A DNA stretch of 64,000 nucleotides from positions 166,826 through 230,825 of the forward strand of contig CAWIQG010000004.1 of NCBI GenBank assembly GCA_963838215.1, written 5' to 3'. The notes beneath the pieces were generated by a model, which was not told the origin of the DNA, did not search any database, and worked only from the letters and a program-made list of their open reading frames with translations. Shown one piece after another: positions 9,650 through 18,857 of this stretch (position 1 is the first letter of the stretch; each line of letters opens with the position of its first letter). Made by a program: the position numbers and the translations under genes. Source of the DNA: an uncultured Bacteroidales bacterium (lineage in GTDB: Bacteria > Bacteroidota > Bacteroidia > Bacteroidales > VadinHA17).

Positions 9650-10272
9650 ATCTGCTGTAGTTTATTAATTTCCTTTTTATATTCTTCGTATGTATCAAAA
9701 TCCTGAAGGATACCTGAATCGTCTGTTTCAACCTCTTGAACATCATCAGGAAATTGATATGCCAGAGAGCGCAACCCGCCATGGTTATTCAGTTTTTCTA
9801 TTTCGTTCCTGAATTTTCTGTCTATCAGAAGAGGATGTCCACGTTTCTTTTCATGAACCGGAATTACAATTCCCTTACCGGATAATCTATATGCCTCAAT
9901 GACCATATTGATAACCTTTGGAGCGATCAATGGCTGATCGCCCTGAAAAATCAGGACTGCTTTAAAATCTGAAGGAAGATTTCTGAACCCGCATTTCACA
10001 GATGAGAGCATCCCTTCTTTATAATTCTCATTATAACAATATTTTACAGACATTTTTTTAATCAGTCCAGTGATTGCATTGTTGTTAGCACCCAAGACAA
10101 CCAAGGTGTTATTAACATCAGATTTTATCACGTTTCGAATTACAATTTCCAGCATTGTGCTTCCATTAAATGAAAGCAGCATTTTCGGAAATCCCATTCT
10201 TTTTGACTCTCCTGCTGCCAGAATTATGGCCCAGAGTTCTCCCATTAAAATATCGTTCTTCCCACTATTCAT
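9646..10272 (-). CDS. MobA/MocA-like nucleotidyltransferase (molybdenum cofactor cytidylyl/guanylyl-transferase family)
   Basis: ILAAGESKRMG P-loop-like motif. 4-nt overlap with the 2Fe-2S subunit gene. The true start may be the internal Met at about 10245. Confidence 0.75.
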   Translation of the reverse strand: MNSGKNDILMGELWAIILAAGESKRMGFPKMLLSFNGSTMLEIVIRNVIKSDVNNTLVVLGANNNAITGLIKKMSVKYCYNENYKEGMLSSVKCGFRNLPSDFKAVLIFQGDQPLIAPKVINMVIEAYRLSGKGIVIPVHEKKRGHPLLIDRKFRNEIEKLNNHGGLRSLAYQFPDDVQEVETDDSGILQDFDTYEEYKKEINKLQQI

Positions 10273-10282
10273 TTATTACCAT

Positions 10283-11347
10283 TCATTTCTTAGTATTACG
10301 GACGAGAACCAGCTGGGCAGCAATACTCAATGCAATCTCTTCAACTGTCTGTGATTTAATATCCAGTCCAACAGGCGCATGAATCTCACTCCATTGTATA
10401 TCAGTTGCCAATCCGTTACTGAGAAAATTCGTTCGCATCGCAGAGATCTTTTTTTTACTGCCAATCATTCCTACATAAGCCAAATCAGAACCGATACAAG
10501 GTATTAACGCTGCAGCATCGTCCTTGTGTCCACGTGTAACTATAACTACATACGTGTCGCAATTCTTTTTCAGCTCCTGCATAGCTTCTCCAATATTGCG
10601 AACCAGTAAATGGTCGGCATCCGGAATATTATCATGATCAGCGTATTCGGCACGGTCATCTATTACAGTAACTTCAAAATTGAGCATACTTCCAAGGTGT
10701 GCCAGGACTTTCCCGATATGTCCCGCTCCGGCAATTACCAGGTGCGGAGGAGGGAAAACCGGTTCAAGCAAGAACAGAGAAGCAGGTTCTTCATCTCGTA
10801 ATGAAAGTAACAGTTCTCTGTAATCTGTCGGATTGCCATCTGAAATCAAATTCTTTACAACAGGTTCAATCTTCCTCAAAAACTCATTTGGAACAGGAGG
10901 TACAAAATTTTGATCCATCCAGTAACGGTTTATCAGAACTGTTTTTTCAGTCAGATCGGTCACCCTTGTTATCAGAACACCTGCCATGCTTTTATCCATT
11001 GACTGTTTTACCTGTTCAAAGACAGATTTAGAATTATAAAGATTCGCATCAACCAGGACACTGATCTGTCCACCGCATATAGCCTCTTCAGCGTTTGAGA
11101 TGTCATTTGCAAGATTAAAATGAAAATGTCCTGATTCTTTTGAAGTAATCGCCTCCTTAGCAAATTTCTGCACTTTCCCTTCTACAATTCCGCCACCAAC
11201 AGTGCCGGAAATTATGCCTTTCCCATCAAATAAAGCTGAAGAACCAGGCTTCTGTGGAGTTGATCCAACAGCTCTTGTTACAGTGGCCAGAGCCAGAGAA
11301 GAGATATTTGATTGATGATCAAGAATCTGCAGGTAAATGTTTTTCAT
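10283..11347 (-). CDS. XdhC/CoxI-family molybdo-enzyme maturation protein
   Basis: ATVTRAVGSTPQKPGS and Rossmann-like VIAGAGHIG motifs. I moved the start to MKNIYLQ (11347) because the first 28 codons of the track ORF look non-coding. Confidence 0.8.
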   Translation of the reverse strand: MKNIYLQILDHQSNISSLALATVTRAVGSTPQKPGSSALFDGKGIISGTVGGGIVEGKVQKFAKEAITSKESGHFHFNLANDISNAEEAICGGQISVLVDANLYNSKSVFEQVKQSMDKSMAGVLITRVTDLTEKTVLINRYWMDQNFVPPVPNEFLRKIEPVVKNLISDGNPTDYRELLLSLRDEEPASLFLLEPVFPPPHLVIAGAGHIGKVLAHLGSMLNFEVTVIDDRAEYADHDNIPDADHLLVRNIGEAMQELKKNCDTYVVIVTRGHKDDAAALIPCIGSDLAYVGMIGSKKKISAMRTNFLSNGLATDIQWSEIHAPVGLDIKSQTVEEIALSIAAQLVLVRNTKK

Positions 11348-11487
11348 ATCCCCCAAAAAATAAGAAACTTTAAATACCTGTGAAGAAGAAATGCTCAGTT
11401 TTGTTGTAACAACTACAACAAATATATTCAAATTGGTTTATTATTCATAATTTTAAGGATGATGAGTTATGTAAAAACAATAAAATT

Positions 11488-13083
11488 ATGAAACCTGTAT
11501 TTTCCAGTTTCTCAGTACTTTTTATCTCAGCTTTGCTTTGCCTGGTTATGTGCAAGTCACCAGTAAATAATAAAGTTCAGAAAGCAGTAGCTGACAGTTG
11601 GATTGAAGAGTTAACAATTACACAATTGCAGCAAGGCTACAAAAACGGCAAATACACTATAAAAGATATAGTTAAGACCTATCTCGATCGTATTAATGAG
11701 ATTGATAAAAATGGCCCCAGGCTTAATTCAATTATTGAAATTAATCCGGATGCTCTTCAGATAGCTGAAGAACTCGACAGGGAGCTTGCATCAGGGAAAA
11801 CTAGGAGCCCTATGTTCGGTGTTCCGGTAATTCTCAAAGATAATATTGACACGCACGACAATATGCCGACAACAGCCGGAGCAACAGCATTGAGAAACTC
11901 TTTCCCAAAAGCCGACAGCTATGTAGCGAAAAAGTTAAGAGAAGCAGGAGCAATTATAATTGGCAAATCAAATCTGAGTGAGTGGGCCAATTTCAGGGCA
12001 ATAATGTCGTCGAGCGGATGGAGCGGTGTTGGAGGACAAACCAGAAACCCATATGTTCTGGATCGTAACCCGTGTGGTTCCAGTTCAGGATCAGGTGTAG
12101 CTGTTTCTGCAAATCTCTGTATGATGGCAATAGGAACAGAAACAAATGGCTCAATAGTTTGCCCTTCAAATAATAATGGTATAGTGGGTTTAAAACCGAC
12201 TGTCGGCCTTATAAGTCGTTCCGGTATTATCCCGATCTCTTTCACACAGGATACTCCGGGTCCAATGGGACGGACTGTTGAAGATGTTGCAATCGCACTC
12301 GGGGTTCTGACCGGAATCGATTCATCAGATTCCAAAACGATGGCTTCACAGGGCAAATATAAGACTGACTATACAGGATTTCTGAAAAAAGATGGTCTGA
12401 ATGGTAAACGGATCGGCCTGCTTAAAACGGCAATGGGTTTTTCAGATAAAGTTGATACTCTTATGAATAAAACAATTGATTTTCTTAAAGCGTGCGGTGC
12501 CGAAGTAATTGAAATTGATTTTCCAAAGGGTGAAAATTATGAAGATGCTTCACTCGAGGTGATGCTTTTTGAATTCAAAGACGGAATTAATAAATATTTT
12601 GCCGGACTTGGTAATGATGCACCCATTAAAAATCTGAAAGAATTAATTGAGTTTAATAAATCAGATACGGTCGAGCTAAGGTATTTTGATCAGAAACTTC
12701 TTGAAAAGGCTGAGAAAAAAGGAGACCTGAAGTCAGCTGAATATAAAAAGGCACTTGCCAGTATGACAAAAGCAACAAGGGAAGATGGCATTGATAAAGT
12801 AATGGACAATAATAAACTTGATGCAATAATGGCCCCAACAGGATCACCTGCATGGAAAACCGATCTTCTCCTTGGTGACCATTTTGAAGGTGGAAGCTCT
12901 TCACTTGCAGCAATATCGGGATATCCCGCAATCACAGTACCAATGGGTTTTGTTGATGATCTGCCGGTTGGAGTTACTTTTTTCGGCAGGGCATGGAGCG
13001 AACCCCTTCTGATTAAAATTGCGTACAGCTATGAACAGGGAACAAAACATAGGAAAGCTCCAAAGTATCTTGTCTCAGATTGA
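11488..13083 (+). CDS. secreted amidase (amidase-signature family)
   Basis: 531 aa. Signal peptide, then GGSSSGSG-type signature seen as CGSSSGSGVAV with flanking TETNGSI. Confidence 0.85.
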   Translation: MKPVFSSFSVLFISALLCLVMCKSPVNNKVQKAVADSWIEELTITQLQQGYKNGKYTIKDIVKTYLDRINEIDKNGPRLNSIIEINPDALQIAEELDRELASGKTRSPMFGVPVILKDNIDTHDNMPTTAGATALRNSFPKADSYVAKKLREAGAIIIGKSNLSEWANFRAIMSSSGWSGVGGQTRNPYVLDRNPCGSSSGSGVAVSANLCMMAIGTETNGSIVCPSNNNGIVGLKPTVGLISRSGIIPISFTQDTPGPMGRTVEDVAIALGVLTGIDSSDSKTMASQGKYKTDYTGFLKKDGLNGKRIGLLKTAMGFSDKVDTLMNKTIDFLKACGAEVIEIDFPKGENYEDASLEVMLFEFKDGINKYFAGLGNDAPIKNLKELIEFNKSDTVELRYFDQKLLEKAEKKGDLKSAEYKKALASMTKATREDGIDKVMDNNKLDAIMAPTGSPAWKTDLLLGDHFEGGSSSLAAISGYPAITVPMGFVDDLPVGVTFFGRAWSEPLLIKIAYSYEQGTKHRKAPKYLVSD

Positions 13084-13133
13084 TTTATCCCGGGTTATTG
13101 ATCAAAACCGTAGCAGATTCTGATGTTCTAATA

Positions 13134-13154
13134 TTCAAATGTTCAAATGTTCAA
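13134..13154. repeat. 8-nt tandem repeat TTCAAATG x2.6
   Basis: ttcaaatgttcaaatgttcaa. Overlaps the last codons (IEHLNI) and the stop of nagA. Confidence 0.85.
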
Positions 13155-14340
13155 TTTTTTTCTGATAAACAATATTCCCATTCAGAAATGTCTTCTCTAT
13201 AAGTAACTCATTACCATCTCTTTTGAACAATATTATATCCGCTCTTTTACCCATAGTCAACGTTCCTCTGTCATTCAGGTTATATATTCGTGCCACATTC
13301 CCTGATGCCATATTTATTGCTTCGGATAATGAACAACCAGTGAATTTTATCATATTCTCAACCCCTTTTTTCAATGGGAAAGTTGCTCCGGCAAGACAAT
13401 TTAGTTCCGGGTTTAACAACATACCTTCCTCTGTAAGAATAACTTCACTTTCCAAAAAAATATACTTCCCTGCAGCCATGCCTGCAAGATGAGTAACATC
13501 TGAAGTAAGAATAATATTATCAGGTCGTTTCACCTTATAAAACACATATATTTCATCAGGAAGAAGATGATATCCATCGGCAATAATTGATGCAGTAAGG
13601 TGATCATTTGCCAACTGCGGCCAGATTGGATTATTATGGCGATTGATAAGATTGGCACAACCATTCCCGAGATGTGTTGATAAACTGACCCCATTATCTA
13701 CAGCAAGACTTATCTGTTCTGCTGATGCATTTGTATGACCCATAGCAGTCACTATGCCATCATTCGAACATAGCCTTATAAATTCAATGGCTCCTTCAAC
13801 CTCAGGCGCAATTGTTACCTGAATAATTTTTCCCCCGGAAGCTTTCTTATATTCAATAAATTCATTCCAGAAAGGTTTCCGTACATACTTAGCGGGATGA
13901 CAACCTCTGTAACCATCTTCCGGAGATATATACGGCCCTTCGAGATGAAATCCGGGAATCGATTCACTGAGCTTTTCATCAGTTTCTAAAGCATCAGACA
14001 GAATTCTTAAGTTTTTTATCAGGTTTTCATGACTGTTACTAATCAGAGCAGGAAGGAAAGATGTAACTCCGTCATTCCGGATTGCTTTAGCTGCAATTAT
14101 AATATCCGGAGCGGTAAGATTATTCCCTGAAAAATCAACATTTGAATATCCGTTTATCTGATTATCAATGAGACCCGGAGCAACAAACAGATTACTTTCT
14201 TCATCTGTTAACTCTGTTATTTCTTTTATACATTCAATAATTCCATTATTAATTTCTATTCTGACCGGAGATCCAGTTGCATAATGGATGGCTTCAATTA
14301 CAAAAATGTTTTCTCTTTTTTTCCTCATCTTCCAATGCAT
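13135..14340 (-). CDS. nagA: N-acetylglucosamine-6-phosphate deacetylase (amidohydrolase family)
   Basis: About 400 aa amidohydrolase with FHLEGP and MGHTNA motifs, next to nagB. Start uncertain (14340 or 14328). Confidence 0.8.
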   Translation of the reverse strand: MHWKMRKKRENIFVIEAIHYATGSPVRIEINNGIIECIKEITELTDEESNLFVAPGLIDNQINGYSNVDFSGNNLTAPDIIIAAKAIRNDGVTSFLPALISNSHENLIKNLRILSDALETDEKLSESIPGFHLEGPYISPEDGYRGCHPAKYVRKPFWNEFIEYKKASGGKIIQVTIAPEVEGAIEFIRLCSNDGIVTAMGHTNASAEQISLAVDNGVSLSTHLGNGCANLINRHNNPIWPQLANDHLTASIIADGYHLLPDEIYVFYKVKRPDNIILTSDVTHLAGMAAGKYIFLESEVILTEEGMLLNPELNCLAGATFPLKKGVENMIKFTGCSLSEAINMASGNVARIYNLNDRGTLTMGKRADIILFKRDGNELLIEKTFLNGNIVYQKKIEHLNI

Positions 14341-14421
14341 TTCTTTTAATTAAGAACCTCAATTGTTTCAGATGAATACATTGATTTTCAAATGATTTTG
14401 ATTTAATTGCCAATAGTTATA

Positions 14422-15171
14422 TTAGATTATTAAACTTTCCACAGGTATAATATCAGATGCCGAATTGTTATCGAGGTAAAGATGAAAATCAGGATGCTGT
14501 TTCAGTATTGTAGCAGGAACAATGTTTGTCAACCTATTAATAAGTGTATACCTGACACTTATTGCTTTGACCTTATGTGGAACGCATGAGATAATAGTTT
14601 TACATTGCATTATCTGCCAGGGAGTCATTGAAACAGCTCTGGCAGGAACCTCATCTACAGATTTGAACCATCCCTCATTCACCTGCTGCAACCGGCACTG
14701 ATCATCGAGATTAACAATAATGTAAGCTTCACGGGTTTCAAAATCAGCCGGAGGATCGTTAAAAGCAACATGGCCATTCACTCCGATTCCGATAAGTCCC
14801 AGATCGACTGGTTTCTCCCGTAAATCGTGAGTTAATTCTTTTATTTTCGCAGCGATATCACCTTCAACATCAACGCTATAGAATCTTTTTATTTTTATAT
14901 GATTTATGAATCGTTCATAAAGATATTTTCTGAAACTTGCTGAATGTGTGACAGGAAGCCCAATATATTCATCAAGGTGGAAAACCTCAACTCTCTCCCA
15001 TTCAACCTTTTGCATAAGTAACGACTGAAATGTCTCAAATTGTGAACTCCCGGTTGAAACAACCAGCCTGGCTTCTCCATTTTGCACGATAGCTCTGTTT
15101 AGTTTTTCTGCTGCAAATTGTCCGGCTTTTAATCCTAGTTCCGATGCATCTTTACTAATGTTGATGATCAT
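14422..15171 (-). CDS. nagB: glucosamine-6-phosphate deaminase/isomerase family
   Basis: 249 aa. LVVSTGSSQ and GIGVNGHVAFNDP motifs typical of NagB/6-phosphogluconolactonase. Confidence 0.8.
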   Translation of the reverse strand: MIINISKDASELGLKAGQFAAEKLNRAIVQNGEARLVVSTGSSQFETFQSLLMQKVEWERVEVFHLDEYIGLPVTHSASFRKYLYERFINHIKIKRFYSVDVEGDIAAKIKELTHDLREKPVDLGLIGIGVNGHVAFNDPPADFETREAYIIVNLDDQCRLQQVNEGWFKSVDEVPARAVSMTPWQIMQCKTIISCVPHKVKAISVRYTLINRLTNIVPATILKQHPDFHLYLDNNSASDIIPVESLII

Positions 15172-15233
15172 AGAGTAACTTTTATACTTTTCATATTTAT
15201 AAAATTATAACAATTAATCGAGGTAATATTACT

Positions 15234-15253
15234 AATTACGAATTACGAATTTA
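15234..15253. repeat. 7-nt tandem repeat AATTACG x2.8
   Basis: aattacgaattacgaattta in the divergent nagB/DUF5916 spacer. Confidence 0.85.
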
Positions 15254-15284
15254 TTTTTAACTTGGGCCAAATTAACCTTTTTCG

Positions 15285-17456
15285 ATGTTCAGAACCTCTT
15301 TTTTAGCCCTTGCTGCCTTACTCTTTTGTTTCAATAATATTCTGTCTGGTCAGTCAAAAGGAATAAACCGGGAGAAATACCGGATAAATATTTCAGAAAT
15401 AAACGCAACAATTAATGTTGATGGAATTCTCGATGAGCCAGCCTGGCAAACAGCTAACAAAGCTACTCATTTTCAAAGAGTTTTGCCTACAGATACGGGA
15501 TTTGCAATTGCACAGACTGAGGTGAAACTCCTGTATAATGAATCGACTCTTTATGTGGGTATTATCTGTTACGATCCATCACCAGGGAAACGTCCGGTGG
15601 AATCACTGCGTCGCGACTTCAACTTTCTGAAGAATGATAACTTTATTGTCTTTATTGATACCTATAATGATCAGACTAACGGCTTTGCATTTGGTGTTTC
15701 TGCTGCCGGGGCACAGTGGGATGGTATTCAGGCTAATGGAGGGACCGTAAATCTCGATTGGGACATTAAATGGAAATCTGCTGTTAAAAACTATGATGAC
15801 CGATGGGTAGCTGAGTTCGCAATTCCGTTCCGCAGCATTCGTTATAATGGAGGAGAACCTGAATGGGGAATAAATTTCAGCAGACTTGATCTTAAAACCA
15901 ACGAAAAATCAAGCTGGGCCCCTATGCCAAGGCAATTTGCTACAGCAACTCTGGCATTTACAGGTTCACTTGTATGGGATAAGCCTCTGCCACCATCGGG
16001 TCTCCGGTTCTCATTAATACCATATATATCAGCAAAAACCACGCAGGATAAAGAGGCCGGAGAAGGGTTTAAACCCCAGGTTAACGCCGGCGTTGATGCA
16101 AAAGTTATCCTTTCCACTTCAATGAACCTCGATCTTACGGTTAATCCCGATTATTCACAGGTTGAAGTTGATAATCAAATTACTGATCTTGACAGGTTTG
16201 AATTGTTTTTCCCTGAAAAAAGACAGTTTTATCTTGAAAACAGCGATCTCTTTGCAAATCTGGGAAGCGCTAATCTCAGGCCCTTTTTCTCGCGCCGGAT
16301 TGGACTTGATAGTCAGGTACTGGCAGGGGCCAGGCTGAGCGGTAAGATTGGAAATGACTGGAGAATAGGGCTTATGGACATCCAGACCGATCAGAATGAT
16401 TCAGTACAGTCTGCAAATTTTGCTGTTGCTGTTCTTCAGCGACAGGTTTTCAATCATTCCAACATAACGGCTTTTTTTGTCAACAAGCAGGTAATGAATC
16501 CGAAAAATGACACATCATCCACAAGTTATAAATTCAACCGGGTCGCAGGGCTTGAGTACAATCTGGCAAGCGCTGATAATCACTGGTTGGGGAAGGCATT
16601 TTACCATCAGTCATTTTATCCGGGGGCATCAGGAAATGCTGCAGCATTATCTGCCAATATTGCTTATACCACCCAGTATCTTACAGCAACTTTGAATCAG
16701 GCATGGGTAGGCTCTGATTATGTTGCAGATGTAGGATATATAAGAAGAAAAGGATATTACGAAATAAATCCGATTTTTCAGTATAAGTTTTTCCCGGCAG
16801 CCAGCAGAATTGCTGACCACGGACCTTCTTTATCTATGGATTTGTATACTGATCCTTCATTAAGATTGACTGACAGGGTTACGGAGTTTCTTTACCAGGT
16901 TGAATGGATGAATAAAAGTATTCTGATAGTTGATGCAATGGAGACATTCATTAAACTTCAAAACCCTTTTGATCCGACCAATACTGATGGTGTTCAACTT
17001 CCTGCAAATGATAAATTTAGCTCGAAAGAGATTGGTGTTTCTTTTACTTCAGATATCCGGAAATCGTTTAATTATCTGATCAGCAGCAGTTACGGCGGGT
17101 TTTATAATGGTACATTGTGGATGATTGATGGAGAATTGTATTATCGGGTTCAACCTTATGGAAGTCTGGCAGTTGTCACAACATACAACAATATCTCCCT
17201 GCCCGCACCTTATAAAAGTGCCCGGTTTATCCTGTTCGGACCAAAACTTGATATTACTTTTACAGACAAACTCTTCTTCACAAGTTTTGTACAATATAAT
17301 AACCAGATCAACAATCTTAATCTTAATCTCCGTTTCCAGTGGCGATTTGCACCGGTATCTGATCTGTTTATTGTTTATACAGAAAACTCATATCCCGATG
17401 ATTTCAGGGTAAAAAACAGGGGACTTGTACTGAAATTGTCGTACTGGTTTAACTGA
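15285..17456 (+). CDS. CBM9-like/DUF5916-type outer-membrane-associated protein
   Basis: 723 aa. Signal peptide, N-terminal VDGILDEPAWQTA motif typical of carbohydrate-binding family 9-like domains, beta-rich C-terminus ending in F-N. Confidence 0.6.
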   Translation: MFRTSFLALAALLFCFNNILSGQSKGINREKYRINISEINATINVDGILDEPAWQTANKATHFQRVLPTDTGFAIAQTEVKLLYNESTLYVGIICYDPSPGKRPVESLRRDFNFLKNDNFIVFIDTYNDQTNGFAFGVSAAGAQWDGIQANGGTVNLDWDIKWKSAVKNYDDRWVAEFAIPFRSIRYNGGEPEWGINFSRLDLKTNEKSSWAPMPRQFATATLAFTGSLVWDKPLPPSGLRFSLIPYISAKTTQDKEAGEGFKPQVNAGVDAKVILSTSMNLDLTVNPDYSQVEVDNQITDLDRFELFFPEKRQFYLENSDLFANLGSANLRPFFSRRIGLDSQVLAGARLSGKIGNDWRIGLMDIQTDQNDSVQSANFAVAVLQRQVFNHSNITAFFVNKQVMNPKNDTSSTSYKFNRVAGLEYNLASADNHWLGKAFYHQSFYPGASGNAAALSANIAYTTQYLTATLNQAWVGSDYVADVGYIRRKGYYEINPIFQYKFFPAASRIADHGPSLSMDLYTDPSLRLTDRVTEFLYQVEWMNKSILIVDAMETFIKLQNPFDPTNTDGVQLPANDKFSSKEIGVSFTSDIRKSFNYLISSSYGGFYNGTLWMIDGELYYRVQPYGSLAVVTTYNNISLPAPYKSARFILFGPKLDITFTDKLFFTSFVQYNNQINNLNLNLRFQWRFAPVSDLFIVYTENSYPDDFRVKNRGLVLKLSYWFN

Positions 17457-17464
17457 TCATAATA

Positions 17465-18076
17465 TTATTTGACTACAAAATCAAGGACCGGTTTATCTCC
17501 CAGGTAAGCAATAAGGTTGTCATTTCTTTTTAACGGACCCACACCCGACGGAGTACCGGTGAATATCAGATCGCCTGTTTTAAGAGTAAAATATTTCGAG
17601 ACATATTCAATTATCTCGTTGAATCCGAATATCATATCGGAAGTGTTACTTTTCTGTACGACATTTTCGTTGATTTCAAGCCTGAAATCGAGGTTTCTCA
17701 TGTCGTTCACGCTGCTGACCGGGATAAACCGTCCAAGAGGTGCGGCGCCATCGAAGCATTTTGATAGTTCCCAGGGCATTCCGTTTTTTGCAAGCCTGCT
17801 TTGAAGATCTCGTGCCGTAATATCTATACCTACCGTTACCTCATCAAAGTAACGAGGGGCAAATTTCGCAGAAATGCTTTTTCCGAGTTTGCTTATTTTT
17901 ATAACAACCTCTGCCTCATAGTGGATGTTTTCTGAAAAACCAGGTAAAAAGAAAGGTTTATTATTTTTCAGGATTGAAGAATCGGGTTTAAGGAAGACCA
18001 CTGGCTCTTCGGGGATGTTCCATCCCATCTCCAGAGCATGTTTTCTGTAATTAAGCCCTATACAGATGATTTTCAT
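17465..18076 (-). CDS. fumarylacetoacetate hydrolase family protein
   Basis: 203 aa. MKIICIGLNY start and GDLIFTGTPSGVG motif. Confidence 0.85.
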   Translation of the reverse strand: MKIICIGLNYRKHALEMGWNIPEEPVVFLKPDSSILKNNKPFFLPGFSENIHYEAEVVIKISKLGKSISAKFAPRYFDEVTVGIDITARDLQSRLAKNGMPWELSKCFDGAAPLGRFIPVSSVNDMRNLDFRLEINENVVQKSNTSDMIFGFNEIIEYVSKYFTLKTGDLIFTGTPSGVGPLKRNDNLIAYLGDKPVLDFVVK

Positions 18077-18080
18077 TGTA

Positions 18081-18854
18081 TTACGGAGTTTTTCCGAAAG
18101 ATCTTAATTTTATTTCAGTAAGCACTTTTTTGGTATAAAGAGGAAAATCGCCGTTCATCATCCACGAATAATATGCCGGCTCTTCTTGAAAAACCAGCTC
18201 TACCGATTTACCCTTATGTTTACCGAAATTGAAAATTTCCACACCATTTTCATCAAGAATTATTCTTCCTGCAAAATCTACATTACTGTTAAAAGAACTA
18301 TAATCGGCCAGCTTCTCAACATCATTTTCCAGATCAGTGTATCTGTCGAGCTGAGATTTGAGAACTTCATACGTGGCAGCAGTATCGGCTTTTGATCCGT
18401 GTGCGCCTTCAAGATCCTTTTTGCAATAGAACAGGTAAGCAGCCGATAAAGTGCGCTGTTCCTTTTTATGGAAAATTACCTGGACATCAATGTACCTTCT
18501 TTTCCTGAAATTGAAATCAATATTAACTCTCAGGAATTCTTCGGCCAGGACAGGTATATCAAATTTTATTGCATTGTATCCTGCCAGGTCGCATCCTTCA
18601 AGAAAAACAGCAAGCTTTTTAGCTACTTCCTTAAAGGTAGGCGCCTTTGCAACATCCTCATCTTTAATGCCATGGATAGCGGTGGATTTAGGAGGAACAG
18701 GCATTTCGGGGTTCACCCTTGTGCTCATCCACTCCTCTTTTCCTTTGGGATTGATCTTCAGTACTGATAGTTCTACAATACGGTCGGTTGAAACATTAAT
18801 TCCTGTTGTTTCAAGATCGATAAAAGCCAGGGACCGTTTAAGGTTCAGATTCAA
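18081..18854 (-). CDS. DEDDh 3'-5' exonuclease (DnaQ/epsilon-like) with C-terminal extension
   Basis: AFIDLETTG (ExoI), ExoIII-like HGSKADTAATYEV. Lies 3 nt downstream of dnaN. Confidence 0.8.
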   Translation of the reverse strand: MNLNLKRSLAFIDLETTGINVSTDRIVELSVLKINPKGKEEWMSTRVNPEMPVPPKSTAIHGIKDEDVAKAPTFKEVAKKLAVFLEGCDLAGYNAIKFDIPVLAEEFLRVNIDFNFRKRRYIDVQVIFHKKEQRTLSAAYLFYCKKDLEGAHGSKADTAATYEVLKSQLDRYTDLENDVEKLADYSSFNSNVDFAGRIILDENGVEIFNFGKHKGKSVELVFQEEPAYYSWMMNGDFPLYTKKVLTEIKLRSFGKTP

Positions 18855-18857
18855 TGG

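Noticed and set aside
11348-11431. N-terminal extensions of track ORFs (XdhC here; also 24800-24862, 27167-27205, 31085-31123, 36096-36218, 46169-46240, 61520-61609)
   Set aside because: The extensions overlap neighbouring genes or spacers, are hydrophobic or low-complexity, and each has an internal Met that gives the family-typical N-terminus.
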